Notes: generated by a model from the letters alone, not told the origin. A DNA stretch of 64,000 nucleotides from Octopus vulgaris (GCA_951406725.2 OX597821.1:118606001-118670000), one strand, 5' to 3'. Counted from the first letter of the stretch, positions 25,527-38,077 are shown. A program made the numbers and translations.

Positions 25527-26694
25527 CTGCAATGAAAAATTTAACATGAAATTTAATGGAATTACAATCGATTTGAGTGCAAATTAAATGTCACAAAACA
25601 ATTAATGAATCACCGGAAGTTAATTAACGACTCCAGCTTTAAGGAACTGAATGTGTTCAGTTCATCTGTTGTTCAGTTCATCGTTATATAGCCTTAGGGT
25701 CTCCTGCTCTGTAACATTAACTGGAACAGCGGGTGAGTTACACAACACTAGGGATCCCTTTATAGGTGAGTAAGGCAGACATTTGACGGTGGTGGAAGGG
25801 TGTTTGTACATAATATCATTGACAATCAATGAACTGCGATACACCAACCATCATAAACAGCCATTAATTTCAGCGCAACTATTTTTCCAATCCCAAGGTG
25901 AATCTAAACGAAAAAAGGGTCGCTGTTCTAAGGAATAATATTGGCTTCAAATTTTGGCACAAGGCCAGCAATTGTGGGGGAGGGTGTAAGTCAGTTACAT
26001 TGACCCTCAATGCTCGACTCCGAAAAGATGAAAGATAAAGTGAACCTCAGCGGAATTTGAACTCAGAAAGTGAAGACAGACGAAATGCCGCCAAGCACTT
26101 CCTTCACCCGGCGTGCTAACGATTCTGTCACTTCACCGCCTCAATCTAAAGACTAATATTGAAAGGTTTTCATCAAGATGTTTATAAGAAAGTGAAGTCA
26201 TCAAAGGACTGTGTGCCGATGAAGATATCTTCAATTTTACAGTGCTATAATAACATTTGAGAGAGGTAAATTGCTCATATTCTATGATAAACAGCTATGT
26301 GGACAGCGTCATTGTAGATTTATAACCCAACATAATGTATGCGCAGAAGTATGTACCAGTAATTATCTTTGTTGTTTTTCTACTTCTCTATGTAGTCAGC
26401 CCATCAGCAGAAAGGGAAGGGGGGAGTAGTTTTAACGATATAAAAATAGACGCAACTCTCCTAATTAATAGATTGTGTCATAACGATTCCATAAGTGAAT
26501 CAATTGATCTGCAATTGGACGAGATGAATATATTGCTGGAGAACTGAAAAGGGAGAATGCGGTGTGCTACCGCTTGAAAGATAAAATATTAATTAGCAAC
26601 ACACACACGCGTATATGGTGGTCGTAGGGAAAGAGAAATGCAAAGACACATACATATACAGTAAAAGTATTTCGAAACCCAACTACTCGCTTAC

Positions 26695-26864
26695 TTTGAT
26701 CAATGTCTTGGCTTCTGATGAGTTTTAGTCGTCGAGTGATCCCCTCTGTATTGTAACATTGTGACATGTCTGGTACTTTCCAGATACCAGTAAATGGTGA
26801 ACATTTTAGTGATGTCCTAGATTGGCTTGATGTCATTTCTATGTATCCCACCGTTCTGGAAGAA
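26695..26864 (-). CDS. Adhesion GPCR exon: HRM part 2
   Basis: 170-nt phase 2-1 exon, TTTTTTCAG/GTAAGC; completes the Cys codon TG|T; ...KCSPFTGIWKVPDMSQCYNTEG... Confidence 0.88.
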
Positions 26865-27535
26865 CTGAAAAAATAAATGTAAAACATTCTCTTTTCATCA
26901 ATCTCAGAGGAATGAAGAGACCATAGGCCTGGTTGGGATTTGAACTCATAATCTAGTGAAAGAAGAGCAAATAGTGTAATGCGTTTTTGTAAGACATCTA
27001 TTATTTATTCCAGATTCCGATCCTCAAAATAAATATAAAATGAATTTTACAACTGGACGAGCTTATGTTTTGTTAAATATTGCTTTCAAATGTTGGCACA
27101 CGACCAACCATTTTGGAGGTGAGGCTAAGTCTATTGCACCTACCCCAATGCTCAAAAGGGGCATATTTTATCGATTCCCAAGGATGAAACGCAAAGTTAA
27201 CCTCGACGGAATTTGAAATGGGAACATAAAGACAGACGAAGCGCTGCTAAACATTTCGCCTGACGAGTTAACGATTCTGCCGGTTTGCCTTCAATCTTTG
27301 TCTAATATTGGCAACAAATCAAACCTTGGAAGTTAGACCAAAGCAAAATTGTGTCACATAATATATAAAACACTTACAAAATGTAAGCTTGTCGTGACAA
27401 GTGAATTCAACCGAAGTACATTAATCTCATCATCTTAATCTCTCTTGGCATTTTATTTCCTCTACCATGTAACATCCAATAGGATGACACAGAAAACTTC
27501 CGATTCTGAGAAGAAATTAAACAATAGAAACGAAC

Positions 27536-27647
27536 CAGTGTCTCGTTGCTACATTTGCATGGCATGGAATCGTCGCATTGCTTCCTATTTTCGTCACTGG
27601 CCAATGGAAAATACCATCATCTGAGGTTGTGTCTTCATTACAAGACC
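27536..27647 (-). CDS. Adhesion GPCR exon: hormone-receptor motif (HRM), part 1
   Basis: 112-nt phase 1-2 exon, CTTTTCCAG/GTTCGT; SCNEDTTSDDGIFHWPVTKIGSNATIPCHANVATRH(C). Confidence 0.88.
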
Positions 27648-27685
27648 CTGGAAAAGAAGCAAAACATGTATATGATAAAAGCCAC

Positions 27686-27724
<39 letters not shown>

Positions 27725-27749
27725 CAGCTGCAATAGTAGTAGTAGTAGC

Positions 27750-27781
<32 letters not shown>

Positions 27782-28033
27782 CATCAGCAGTAGTAGTAGT
27801 GGTAGTTACTGTTGTAAATAAATAGTTTGGACGTGCTGGCTGAGTTGAGGGCAATGATTCATGAATCGTTATCAGTATATCTGTGGAGACATACTCTTGT
27901 GCTAACAGGAATCTGCTCATTTTGTTCTATTTTTAGGATATTTTGTAATTATCAAATTATCTCCTTGAGGCAAGCCAGGCGTGACCTCAACATTGAACTA
28001 TTAATCAATTCCATTTGGTTGCAACAACACTCC

Positions 28034-28684
28034 AACCTTCGAACAAGAAGGGAGGTCAGTCGCTCCACACTACTTGACCGGCAGCTACAGACGCGTTTCG
28101 GGGTATTGCCCCTTTTCAATGCAGCGTAGCCAGCCAGTAGGTGTCGCTTCCGACAATCTCTGTTCGATGGTTTTATTTACCTAGTTTCGGTGGAATACAT
28201 CCACTTGTTTTCAATAATAGAAATATTAAAATAACTAAGTCTCTAAAAGAGAACAGCGGCAGCGTTCCCGGAAAATAATAGTTATCGCCATACTAATATG
28301 GCTTTCTTATAAAAATAAGAAAAAAATGTCCGCTTATTAGCTCCATGAGGCCATCGCCTTAAGTTAGCTATTTGATACACAAACTGTATCCATATAACCT
28401 TTGAACAAGGGAGGTCAGTCGCTCCACACTACTTGAAAACAAGTGGATGTATTCCACCGAAACTAGGTAAATAAAACCATCGAACAGAGATTGTCGGAAG
28501 CGACACCTACTGGCTGGCTACGCTGCATTGAAAAGGGGCAATACCAAACGCGTCTGTAGCTGCCGGTCAAGTAGTGTGGAGCGACTGACCTCCTTGTTCG
28601 AAGGTTATATGGATACAGTTTGTGTATCAAATAGCTAACTTAAGGCGATGGCCTCATGGAGCTAATAAGCGGACAGCTTTTTTC

Positions 28685-28693
<9 letters not shown>
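28034..28693. mobile_element. Partial-tandem plus inverted HHR element ending in (TA)n
   Basis: Direct repeat 28034-28077 / 28396-28436 (about 360-nt period); 28433-28693 is an inverted copy of the unit. Confidence 0.75.
28084..28125 (-). ncRNA. Decayed or variant hammerhead ribozyme
   Basis: GCTGCA-TTGAAAA-GGGG-CAATA-CCCC-GAAA-CGCG-TC|TGTAGC; stems intact, core differs from CTGANGA at two positions. Inverted copy with a 3-nt deletion at 28522-28560 (+). Confidence 0.65.
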
Positions 28694-28752
<59 letters not shown>

Positions 28753-28898
28753 GTATAATATAATATAATATAATATATGTGTGTGTTAAACAAGAGTGAG
28801 CAGAATTTTTCTGGTCGATGGCAATCTGCTTTTAAAGATTTTGTCCTAGTGACAGAAATCTAAATTGCACCGTTATATAACACTGACCACTGACTCAC

Positions 28899-28959
28899 CG
28901 GACAAGCTTTCATTTACAGATTATGGATAACAATGTATCCACACTGGTGCGTGTCACAC
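28899..28959 (-). CDS. Adhesion GPCR candidate exon needing +1 nt
   Basis: TAG/GTGAGT, 61 nt; reads CDTHQCGYIVIH then shifts frame to SVNESLS. A 62-nt length would bridge the phase 2 to phase 1 requirement. Weak polypyrimidine tract. Confidence 0.4.
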
Positions 28960-30040
28960 CTATTTCTTTACTTTGATATGGCTGCGATTATTACCTAGTT
29001 GATTACAGGTGTCAAATGAAACAATTATTCCACGATTCCAAAACATATGTGCCTATGTTAGCAAACAAATACATACAGACATTCTTGCATGCATAAGCAA
29101 GCACCACCCCCATACCCATACACACGTGATCTAGTATTTCCCCCGCCAGTTCTAAACGTTCTTTTGTCGGCTGTTAATATTCTGTGCTTATTAGTATTAT
29201 GCTTTCTCAGCGGCTTTATGACATTCTAAGTATACCCAGGTTAAATAGGATATATATATATATATGCTTATATATATATATGCTGATTTCCTACGGAGTT
29301 TATACAAATCCAAAAAGTGGAACAAGAACGCAATATTAAAACATCCGGATAGATAGACGGACAGGAAAAATGATAAAAAGATGTACAGGAAAAAATAAGG
29401 ACGTAAATCCTTCTCGTCAGACAAGTTCCAAATTATCCTTACAGTTTCGAGCAGTTACACTTGAAACTGTTCGAATCTAGCTGCTCTCGAAAATCTAAGC
29501 TAGAAGCATTAAATTTGAGGGAGAAAGCAAGCGAATATGTACGACAACAAAGACAAATAACGGAGAACATGTTACACAATTACAAATACAAACAACAGGA
29601 CAATAAGAACCGGTGTCCTTCGACTACGAAGGACGAATCAAGTTTAGACGGTGTGTGTAGAGTGAAAGTCTTGAGGCAGGATCATTGGAGGTGAAAATAA
29701 GAGATGAAAGTCAAGAGACAGGAATATAAGAGATGCTTCGCGTCCGGTAGTCAAGCAAAGAAAGCAGGACAGATAATGTCTGGTCGAACACCAGTCACGT
29801 GGAAGTAGAGCAATAGTATCAGAAATATAAATATTTCTGATACCATTGCTCCTACTTCAGTACCACAATTAGCCTAATTAATTATCCATGAATATATTGC
29901 TTAACAAGCCACTACGTGGAACCTGCCTATGACTAATGTAAATGATTTCAATTCAATTTTAACCATCCTTGAAATCCATTTAACACAATATGCACACACA
30001 AGTAAAAACCATAATTAATTATGGAATTTACCACCATTAA

Positions 30041-31223
30041 TCTTTATATATATAAGACTGAGAATGTGTGTATGTCTGTCTGTCTGTCTGTCTGTGTGTG
30101 TTTCCCTAAAACTTGAGAACTACACAACCAATTTCATTCAAATTTTACACATGCCTTACTTAGGGTCCGGGGAGTGTCATCGGCAAAACCATTTTTAACT
30201 TTTTGCCTAGGGCAAGCCCACAGCAATATCATATCTTCTCCACTACGATTCCCTAAAACTTGAGAACTACACAACCAATTCCATTCAAATTTTACACATG
30301 CCTTACTTAGGGTCCATGTAGTTTCATGGGCAAAAAAAATGTTCAACTTCTTGCCTAGAGCGAGCCCATAACAATATCATATCTTCTCCACTATTTCAGT
30401 ATTACGTGTTAAAAGTGAAACAAAAACGTTTCTCTATTTTATGTCAGATGCTTTCACTTTAACAATAAAATAATAATAACAATTGAATTATATGTAGTAA
30501 GTAATAATTAAAATCAAACTAAAGTAACATAACAAAAGTAAAAATAGCAATTGGTATAAAATTGCATCAATGATTGAACTTGAATAAGTGGTTTCACATG
30601 AATAGGAATAAATTAAAAATAAACTTAGTGTGCAGAAATGGAATAGTCCAGATGGATAATAAAAAATTAAATTAAAGACAAGACTATTGTCTATAAAGTA
30701 TACAATGTAGAGAAAAAAGAAGATTTGAACACCTGGAGGAAAACATCTTTGAAAAGTGTCTTGGTGCGACTATGAAAGATATCTAACCAGAGGCGGTAAA
30801 TTCGCCACGATAGAAGCAAGGTTCGAGTCAACGGAGCGTGCAAGGGAGTACTCGACTGGAATTGCAAAGTGGAAATATTTTATTTTTACCTTTATATCTG
30901 GGACGTAGGACGTCCCGGAAAAAAATTTTAAATGCCCCCTCCCCCCACCAGAAGTAGAGGTAGGCTGGATTGTAGCCACACTCCTATACAAGAGGGAGGA
31001 CAAGATACAATTGATCGAAATTACAAGAGACTGGCTAACAATTCCAGTCTGTTATATATTTTGAGTATTGTTATCACTAGCGATATCAAGATATAACTTT
31101 GAATTTTGTATTTTATGTGTATATATATATATATATAGATGTACATGAAATATGTACACATATATATACACATATATACATGCACTAGCACTATGACCCG
31201 GCAACGACGGGTCATAATGCTAG
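30041..31223 (+). mobile_element. Non-autonomous Helitron-like element
   Basis: A|TC start, (GTCT)n near the 5-prime end, internal ~145-nt tandem duplication, 3-prime hairpin ATGACCCG..CGGGTCAT then CTAG|T. Confidence 0.75.
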
Positions 31224-31723
31224 TTAATAAATAAAGATTATTAGTTTACACACACACTCATAAAGAATTCTACGATTCAATAAATTTTCGACACAATTAT
31301 AATTCCTTCTTCAAAACAACATATTCCCAAAAATAAAAAAACACAAACATACACATACACACACCACAAAAGCAAGCACACACACCACTATAAATAAACA
31401 AACATATACACACAGCAAAAAAATACTCACACACAAATCAACATATTCTGAAAAACAAAACACAAACACACACCACAAAAAAGAAAGATATACGCGCAAA
31501 CACACACACATCACAATAGACAAAAACACACACACTCACGCACGCAAGAAAAACACACATACACACTCACTTGAAAGACTTCACCAGGTGGTGCTATTAA
31601 GTTAGACATGGCCTGGGCCAATGATGGCCGAAACCTATCAAAGTATCAAAGTATATGTGTGTGTATATATACATATTGTGTGTATTTGTGTGTGTATGTA
31701 TGTTCGTATATGTGTATATGTAT

Positions 31724-34700
31724 GGCCCACTCAAGTAGAGAGTTATTGTTTACAGAGACATATCCGGGTGTAGGGGGTTTATCCGGGATTTCTTGAAGGA
31801 ATCTGTCCAAAGACTTCTTGAACCCTATAGGGTCTGTTTCTGTTTTAATGTGTTTTGGTGTAATGTTAAAGAGAGCGGGGCCAATTGAGGTGAAATAATT
31901 GGTCCGTATTGTTGTTATGAGATGAGAGTGCGATTTTTGTTGTGGGACGGATGGCACGGGGCCCAAGCCTTGGATGTACCTTAAAGGTGATGCCAACATC
32001 ATTTGGGCAATGCTGATGGAATATTTTCCACATCATGCAGATGATGTAGCGCTCACGGCGACGTTGGAGAGAATAAAGTTTTAGTCGACCCCAATAGTCG
32101 AGGCCTGTCATGCCATCTATCTTTTTTGTGATTGTCCTTTGAGGTGCTTCAAATTTTATGATACTTTGTTTTGTGTGGGGAGACCATTGTGGACAACAGT
32201 ATTCAAGGTGGGGTCGGGCAAATGTGGAGAAGAGAAGGATAATGGTGTGGATATCTCTCGACTGGAAAGTTCTGAGAATCCAGGAACACTTTCTGCGGGC
32301 CATGTCAATTTTGGTGTTTATATGAGTGGCCCAGCTTATGTTGTTGTCCACAATTACTCCCAAGTCTCTGATGTTGTTGGATGCCACGAGAGTTTCACCT
32401 GAAGGAAGGGAGTATGGGAGTTTCAGGGCATTCTCTTTTCCAAAGTGGATTAACTCGAATTTATCCTCATTCAGCAGCATATTGTTCTTTTCTGCCCATT
32501 GGATAACAGCCAGTAGATCTGACTGAAGGCATGTCCAGTCACTCGCCTCATTTATGACCTTCTGGAGCTTGGAATCATCTGCAAAGATTTTTATGTTGCT
32601 GCGCTTGATGATGTCATTAATGTCATTAATGTAGATGATGAAAAGAAGTGGGCCCAGCACAGTGCCTTGCGGAACGCCACTACTGACTTTGGCTGGGCTT
32701 GATTTTACTCCTTCAACTACAACATGTTGAGATCTGTCTGTCAGGAAACACTTGATCCATTTCAGTAACTTTCCAGAGACACCAATGTTGGATAGTTTTT
32801 TCAATAGGATCTTGTGATCAACCCTGTCGAAGGCCTTGCTGAAATCAAGGTAGATGACATCGGTGTTGGAACCCTCTCCCAAAGCTCTCAAAATGTCATC
32901 AAAGTGATGCAGGAGCTGCGTTAGGCAGTCCATTCCATTACGGAACCCATGTTGGTTAGAGATCGGCCGTCTGTTGCTTTCCAGAAATTGGGTTATTCGA
33001 GATCTCACCACCCTCTCAAATACCTTGATGATATGAGAGGTGAGTGAGATCGGACGGTAGTTCACTGCAAGGGACTTGTTTTTCTTTTTGAAAACTGGGA
33101 CAACAGACTGGGACAGAAAGTTTTTAGGAATATAGCCAGCATCCAGTGAGTTTCTCCAAAGATTAGCAAGGGGAGATGCAAGTTGGTGTCGGCACACCTT
33201 CAGGACATAAGCAGGGAACCTATCGGGGCCTACTGCTTGTGTTAAAGTTTAATATAATTGTAACATAACAAAAGTAAAAATATATACTTTTATTTCGTTT
33301 ATCGCCGCTAAGACATCCGATATAGTGTGTTGGGGGTTGACATCACTGATACAGCCCAGATCGGCCATATCAGGATTGCTGAAAACAGAGCAGTGTTGTT
33401 TCTCCAGTATCTCGGCCATGGATTTGGCATTATCTTGGAGAGTGCCATTTTCATCAATTAGAGGGCCAACAGTGGAGACAGTGACCCTGTGTTTCCTCGC
33501 AAATGAAAAGAACACTTTGGGGTTGAGTTTGATTTTTTCAATGGCCCACTTCTCCTCAACTGATCTTTGGTTATTGATGAGGGTCTTCATGCATTGTTGG
33601 AGGTTATATTTTTTGGATTCAAGCAGTGTGATAGCCGTCGAATATGTGTGTTGCTATTGGCAGTATTTTAGTTTGTTAATTTTTTTGTTTGTTCTTTTTA
33701 TTTTTCTGATAATAGTTTTTCTGTTTTGGGGGATTCTGCACTTTTTGTTCACAGGTCTTGGTGGGGAGTGTTTTGCACATATGATTGTGACGGTGTCTAC
33801 AAAGATCTGCCAAGATGTTTTATTGTTGGTGGAGATGTGTGTATGTGTAAAGGACCAGTCAACATGTTATAGCTCGTTCCTGATTGCATCCCAGTTGGCA
33901 TTATGGAGATCCATGTTATCAAATGGGTGGACTGGAGGGAGGTCACTAGGATTAGCTTTCGGCTGGTGGAATTTCATGTTACAGAGAACCATGTTATTGT
34001 CTGAAAGAAGGGTTTTTCTACTGTAATGTTATGTATAGTGTTAGTGTGGTTACTAAACACTAGGTCCAAAATGTTCTTCTGATGTCTTGTTGGTGCAAGG
34101 ACAAGTTGGGACAAGAAAAACTCATTCATAAAGTCGAAAAGTGACTCTACTGCTTCTTTGTCAGTGCTTGGTTTCAAACAGTTTGTAGTCCAGTCAACAC
34201 AGGGTAGATTGAAGTCTCCCATCATGAGTAGGTTGCTAGAATGGCACTGTTGAATAAAGCACTTAATGCTGTTGAGGCATTCTTTAAAGCGCAGTATGGG
34301 TGTTTGGGGTGGCCTATAGAGCCCAACTACTGTCAGGTCATTGGCTTTGTTGTGCACGGTGACTGATTCACAGTAGCCGTTGGAGAATATGCTATTTCCA
34401 TCTACCGTAAACGAATCATGCAGGAAAATGGCAGTTCCACCCTTCCTTCTGTCGATACGATCCGCGCGGATGGTTGTGAAATTCTTCACTCTCACTTCGG
34501 CTTCCAAGTGGGAGTTGTCAAGGTGGGTCTCAGTGAGAATGAAGAAAGGGATGTGGTGTGGATGGTTACCAACCCAGTCTTCAATGAATTGGACCTTCCA
34601 TTTTTGTGCATTGATGGAAGGGCTGACACCTTGTGCATTGAGTAGAAATGTGGAGGTCAGTGTAGTGGCTGGTTTTGATTGTTGCAGGGGGCTTGGATTT

Positions 34701-34955
34701 TTTGTGTGTGTTAGTGACAGCAATGCGGAGAATTGGTGCATTGGGGTAATAGCATAGGATGGTGTTGAGTGATGGCTAGAATGTTTTTGTGTATCTCTTT
34801 TGCCATGTTCAACATGGCTAAAAAAGAATTTTCCTGCTTAGGGAGCAGTTTTTGTATGGAGCTGTGTTTGCACTGTTGGATAGGGTTGTAGTTTCCACTT
34901 TTGTTGTTGTTTTTGTGTCTTCGTGAAAAGACTGGACCAGCATTACTGAGCATGG
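31724..34955 (-). mobile_element. CR1/L2-group LINE (APE endonuclease plus RT), frameshifted
   Basis: ORF 33974-34741 has ILTETHL, GLYRPP, MGDFNLP, NILDLVF; ORF 31866-33197 has NYRPISLTS, YLDFSKAFD, GVPQGTVLGP, FADD. Confidence 0.92.
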
Positions 34956-35091
34956 TGTGTTTTTATTTTTATTTTTACTCTGGTTTGTGTGTTGGTTTGA
35001 AGCCCTGATTCTGTTTGTGCGTTATATATATATGTGTGTGTGCGTGTGTGTATGTATGTATATATATATACATAAACACATATGTATATAT

Positions 35092-35186
<95 letters not shown>

Positions 35187-35421
35187 ATAGATTTAGAGAG
35201 AGAGAGATTTCAGTCAGTATGTTTATACGTGTATGTGATTGCCTTTTGCATGATAAAACGCTTTGCCATTTGATTGGCAGAATAAATTTTGTATAGTGTG
35301 GTTCACAAATACAGCATTGTTAAGTATTGCAATATTTAATACATTCGATAAAAATAACTCTGGATTCTTTGGAGCAAAAATAAATGAATTTGAATAAAAG
35401 TGATAAAAAGTTTTTGCTTAC

Positions 35422-35474
35422 TTGCAATATTCAACACTGAAGATTCCTGTCAACGCTGATAAATCGCGTTCAAT
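35422..35474 (-). CDS. Adhesion GPCR exon: ectodomain linker (probable)
   Basis: 53-nt phase 0-2 exon, TTGCAG/GTAAGC; IERDLSALTGIFSVEYC(K). Phase fits the upstream exon. Confidence 0.6.
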
Positions 35475-35511
35475 CTGCAATAATCGGTTATATATATAGA
35501 TATATATATAT

Positions 35512-35556
<45 letters not shown>

Positions 35557-35593
35557 AGAGAGAGAGAGAGAGAGAGATACATATATATATATA

Positions 35594-36022
35594 GATTCAA
35601 ATGAATATGGTACTTAACTTAGATGCACCAGAATCTTTTTATGGTGTTACCCATAAAATTATGTGGGGTGATTATAACCAAAAAATAAGCAACAAGAATG
35701 GATCAGTAGTTTAGTACAATTGTTTCATACTATAAATATTTTATTAAAGCTGTAAATATTACAGCAAATATAATGTCAAGTAATCTTCAGCTAAATCTCG
35801 TATAGGTTTTCCAAACATTTTAGAGAGTGTAAATATACTTATAAAGTTATAGATGTGAGCTCCAGGAACTTGAAGTAAGATTCCAAGCAGACCATATATG
35901 TTTTCCAACAATACAAAGTTATTAAATTATATTTGCTGTAATATTTGCAGCTTTAATAAAATGTCTATAGTATGAAACAAGTGTACTAATCTACCGATCC
36001 ATTCTTGTTGCTTATTTTTTGG

Positions 36023-36024
<2 letters not shown>
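35594..36024. mobile_element. (TA)n-flanked inverted-repeat HHR element, diverged relative of 10661-11183
   Basis: Shared leader (atgaatatggt.cttaact..gatgcacc..atggtgtta.ccata..gtggggtgattataa); arms about 35673-35773 and 35925-36027. Confidence 0.78.
35710..35795 (-). ncRNA. Type I hammerhead ribozyme (core intact, one stem II mismatch)
   Basis: TTTAG-CTGAAGA-TTACT..AGTAT-GAAA-CAATTG-TA|CTAAA; homologous to 10811-10896. Confidence 0.8.
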
Positions 36025-36080
<56 letters not shown>

Positions 36081-36371
36081 TAGTGGTTTCACTTTTTATC
36101 TTATATTAAACTTTTAATACTTTTTGATAGTTATATATATTTTTTAAAAAAATAAATAAATATATAAAAAATAAAAAATAAAAATAAAAATAAAATAATA
36201 AAATAATAATAAAAATAAAATTTTTTTAAATATATATTTATATATGTATGTATATAAATTTAAAATTTAAAAATAGGATAAAATCTTCATAAGAAATTAT
36301 TAGGTAGTAAGCATGAAAAAACCTCATAAGAGAAAAAATCTGTAAATTTTTTCAGTTGAAAATAGTTATTT

Positions 36372-36607
36372 ATATTATATAGAGGGCATTATTACACATA
36401 AATGCCGCACGCTAAGAGGAACTTTTAAAGTCAAAACTACCAAAATAAACAAATCGTACCGAATGCAATTTTCGAAGCGAGTCATTTTAAAACAGAATTT
36501 ATTAGCAGATCACCTATGATTTCGCAATCAATGCATTGGTAGTTTTGACTTTAAAAGTCCCTCCTAGCGTGCGGCATTTATGTGTAATAATGCCCTCTAT
36601 ATAATAT
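36372..36607. repeat. 72-bp inverted repeat between TA tracts with a half-HHR in the spacer
   Basis: Arms 36372-36443 and 36536-36607 with 2 mismatches; minus-strand GC-GAAA-TCATAGGTGA-TC in the spacer. Confidence 0.7.
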
Positions 36608-36610
36608 GTG

Positions 36611-36659
<49 letters not shown>

Positions 36660-36938
36660 TTATACGTATAAATTTATAATTAAATTTTTTTTTAATTTAA
36701 ATTTTAATTTAAATAATTTAAATTTTGAATGTTATATTTTATATGTTATACTTTATATATTTTTTTTTATATTTTGTATATTATATTAATTAATTTTATT
36801 TCTATGTTTTGGTTTATGTTTTTCACTGTTTGGTTTGCCTAATAGTGGTTTTATCTCTAATTTAATATATATATTTATACTGTAAAATTAGATTTAATCC
36901 TAAATCTAATTTTTCCCTGTAATTTTGGATTTACTTCC

Positions 36939-36992
<54 letters not shown>

Positions 36993-37043
36993 GTGTGAGT
37001 ATGTATATACATATATGTATATGTATATATATGTATGTATGTA

Positions 37044-37078
<35 letters not shown>

Positions 37079-37564
37079 TATATTAAATTAGATATATATA
37101 TACATACATACCTTTATGTATTTGTTTTTAAAGAGTTTTGATGTAACATTTTTATACATGGAGTCAGCTATTTTTTGCCAATTAAACACATGCACTATTT
37201 ATTCGATCTTCACCTAAGCTTTTCTTCGTATTAATTCTAGTTTATACGGTTGTGAAACCTCTTTTCTCACACATTCTATTACCTCTTCGGTGACTCCTTG
37301 TTCCGTGTGTTTCCTCTTGTCCTGCTTTTTACATGTTGCCCTTCTGTGTTATGTTTCTAAGTACCTATTCGTTTATGTCTCTGTGTAGTGTGTGAGACCA
37401 CGTTGTTCCTGGAGGAGAACTAGCATATCTTTCTGGGAAAAGTTCAAGTAGGGTATAAAACTTGCTTCCCAATCACATGGCTTTGAGTTCAGTCCCACTG
37501 CGTAACATATTGGGCAACGCCTTGTAAGGGGATGTGGTAGAGAAACTGGAAAGAAGTCTGTCTT

Positions 37565-37601
<37 letters not shown>

Positions 37602-37646
37602 AGAGTGAGAGAGAGCGTGACAAAGAGAAGACAGACATCTACTCAC

Positions 37647-37729
37647 AGATATTGACATGTTTTCTTCAGAGATTTTATATTCGTTGAGATTTTTGAAAAC
37701 AAGGTGGAATATAAAGGGAGTGTTCCTGC
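37647..37729 (-). CDS. Adhesion GPCR exon: ectodomain linker
   Basis: 83-nt phase 1-0 exon, strong TCTTTTATTTCTATAG acceptor and GTGAGT donor; RNTPFIFHLVFKNLNEYKISEENMSIS. Confidence 0.75.
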
Positions 37730-37957
37730 CTATAGAAATAAAAGATAATAGCGTTTATAAATAAGACACAAGTCATAGATTCCCACAAACCCACGTACAT
37801 GGATAAAACACATTTCACATACACACAAAGAAAGAAAAGGGAGAATTATGGATGTATAAATGATTTAATTGTATGAAATAACGATGTTGAATTTTTTTAT
37901 GAAAACAATACAAATAAACTATAAGTTGTAAAGCTCTAAAAGAAATGGTGGATACCA

Positions 37958-38077
37958 AAAACCTACATATATGTTTCGATTCATACCCCTAGGGGATACG
38001 TAATCCTAAGTATTTGGTCATATGCGAAGAATTGGTATCCTTTTCAATTATATGGAGCAGAATCTCGTCAGGGCTTT
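37958..38077 (-). ncRNA. Type I hammerhead ribozyme (intact, long loop 2)
   Basis: AAAGCC-CTGACGA-GATTC..(~76 nt)..GAATC-GAAA-CATATATG-TA|GGTTTT. Confidence 0.88.

Noticed and set aside
26856-26858. Alternative acceptor for the HRM part 2 exon
   Set aside because: It would create a TG|A stop; the 26865-26866 acceptor gives the conserved Cys.
29400-29650. HHR-like pieces (GAGCAG/CTGCTC-GAAA; GTCCTTCG/CGAAGGAC hairpin)
   Set aside because: No intact CTGANGA core paired with GAAA; probably old PLE ends but not callable.
31608-31640. GGCC-AATGAT-GGCC-GAAAC as a hammerhead
   Set aside because: Lacks the CTGANGA core and stem I.
33325-34026. 233-aa plus-strand ORF
   Set aside because: Antisense shadow of the CR1-like LINE ORF2.
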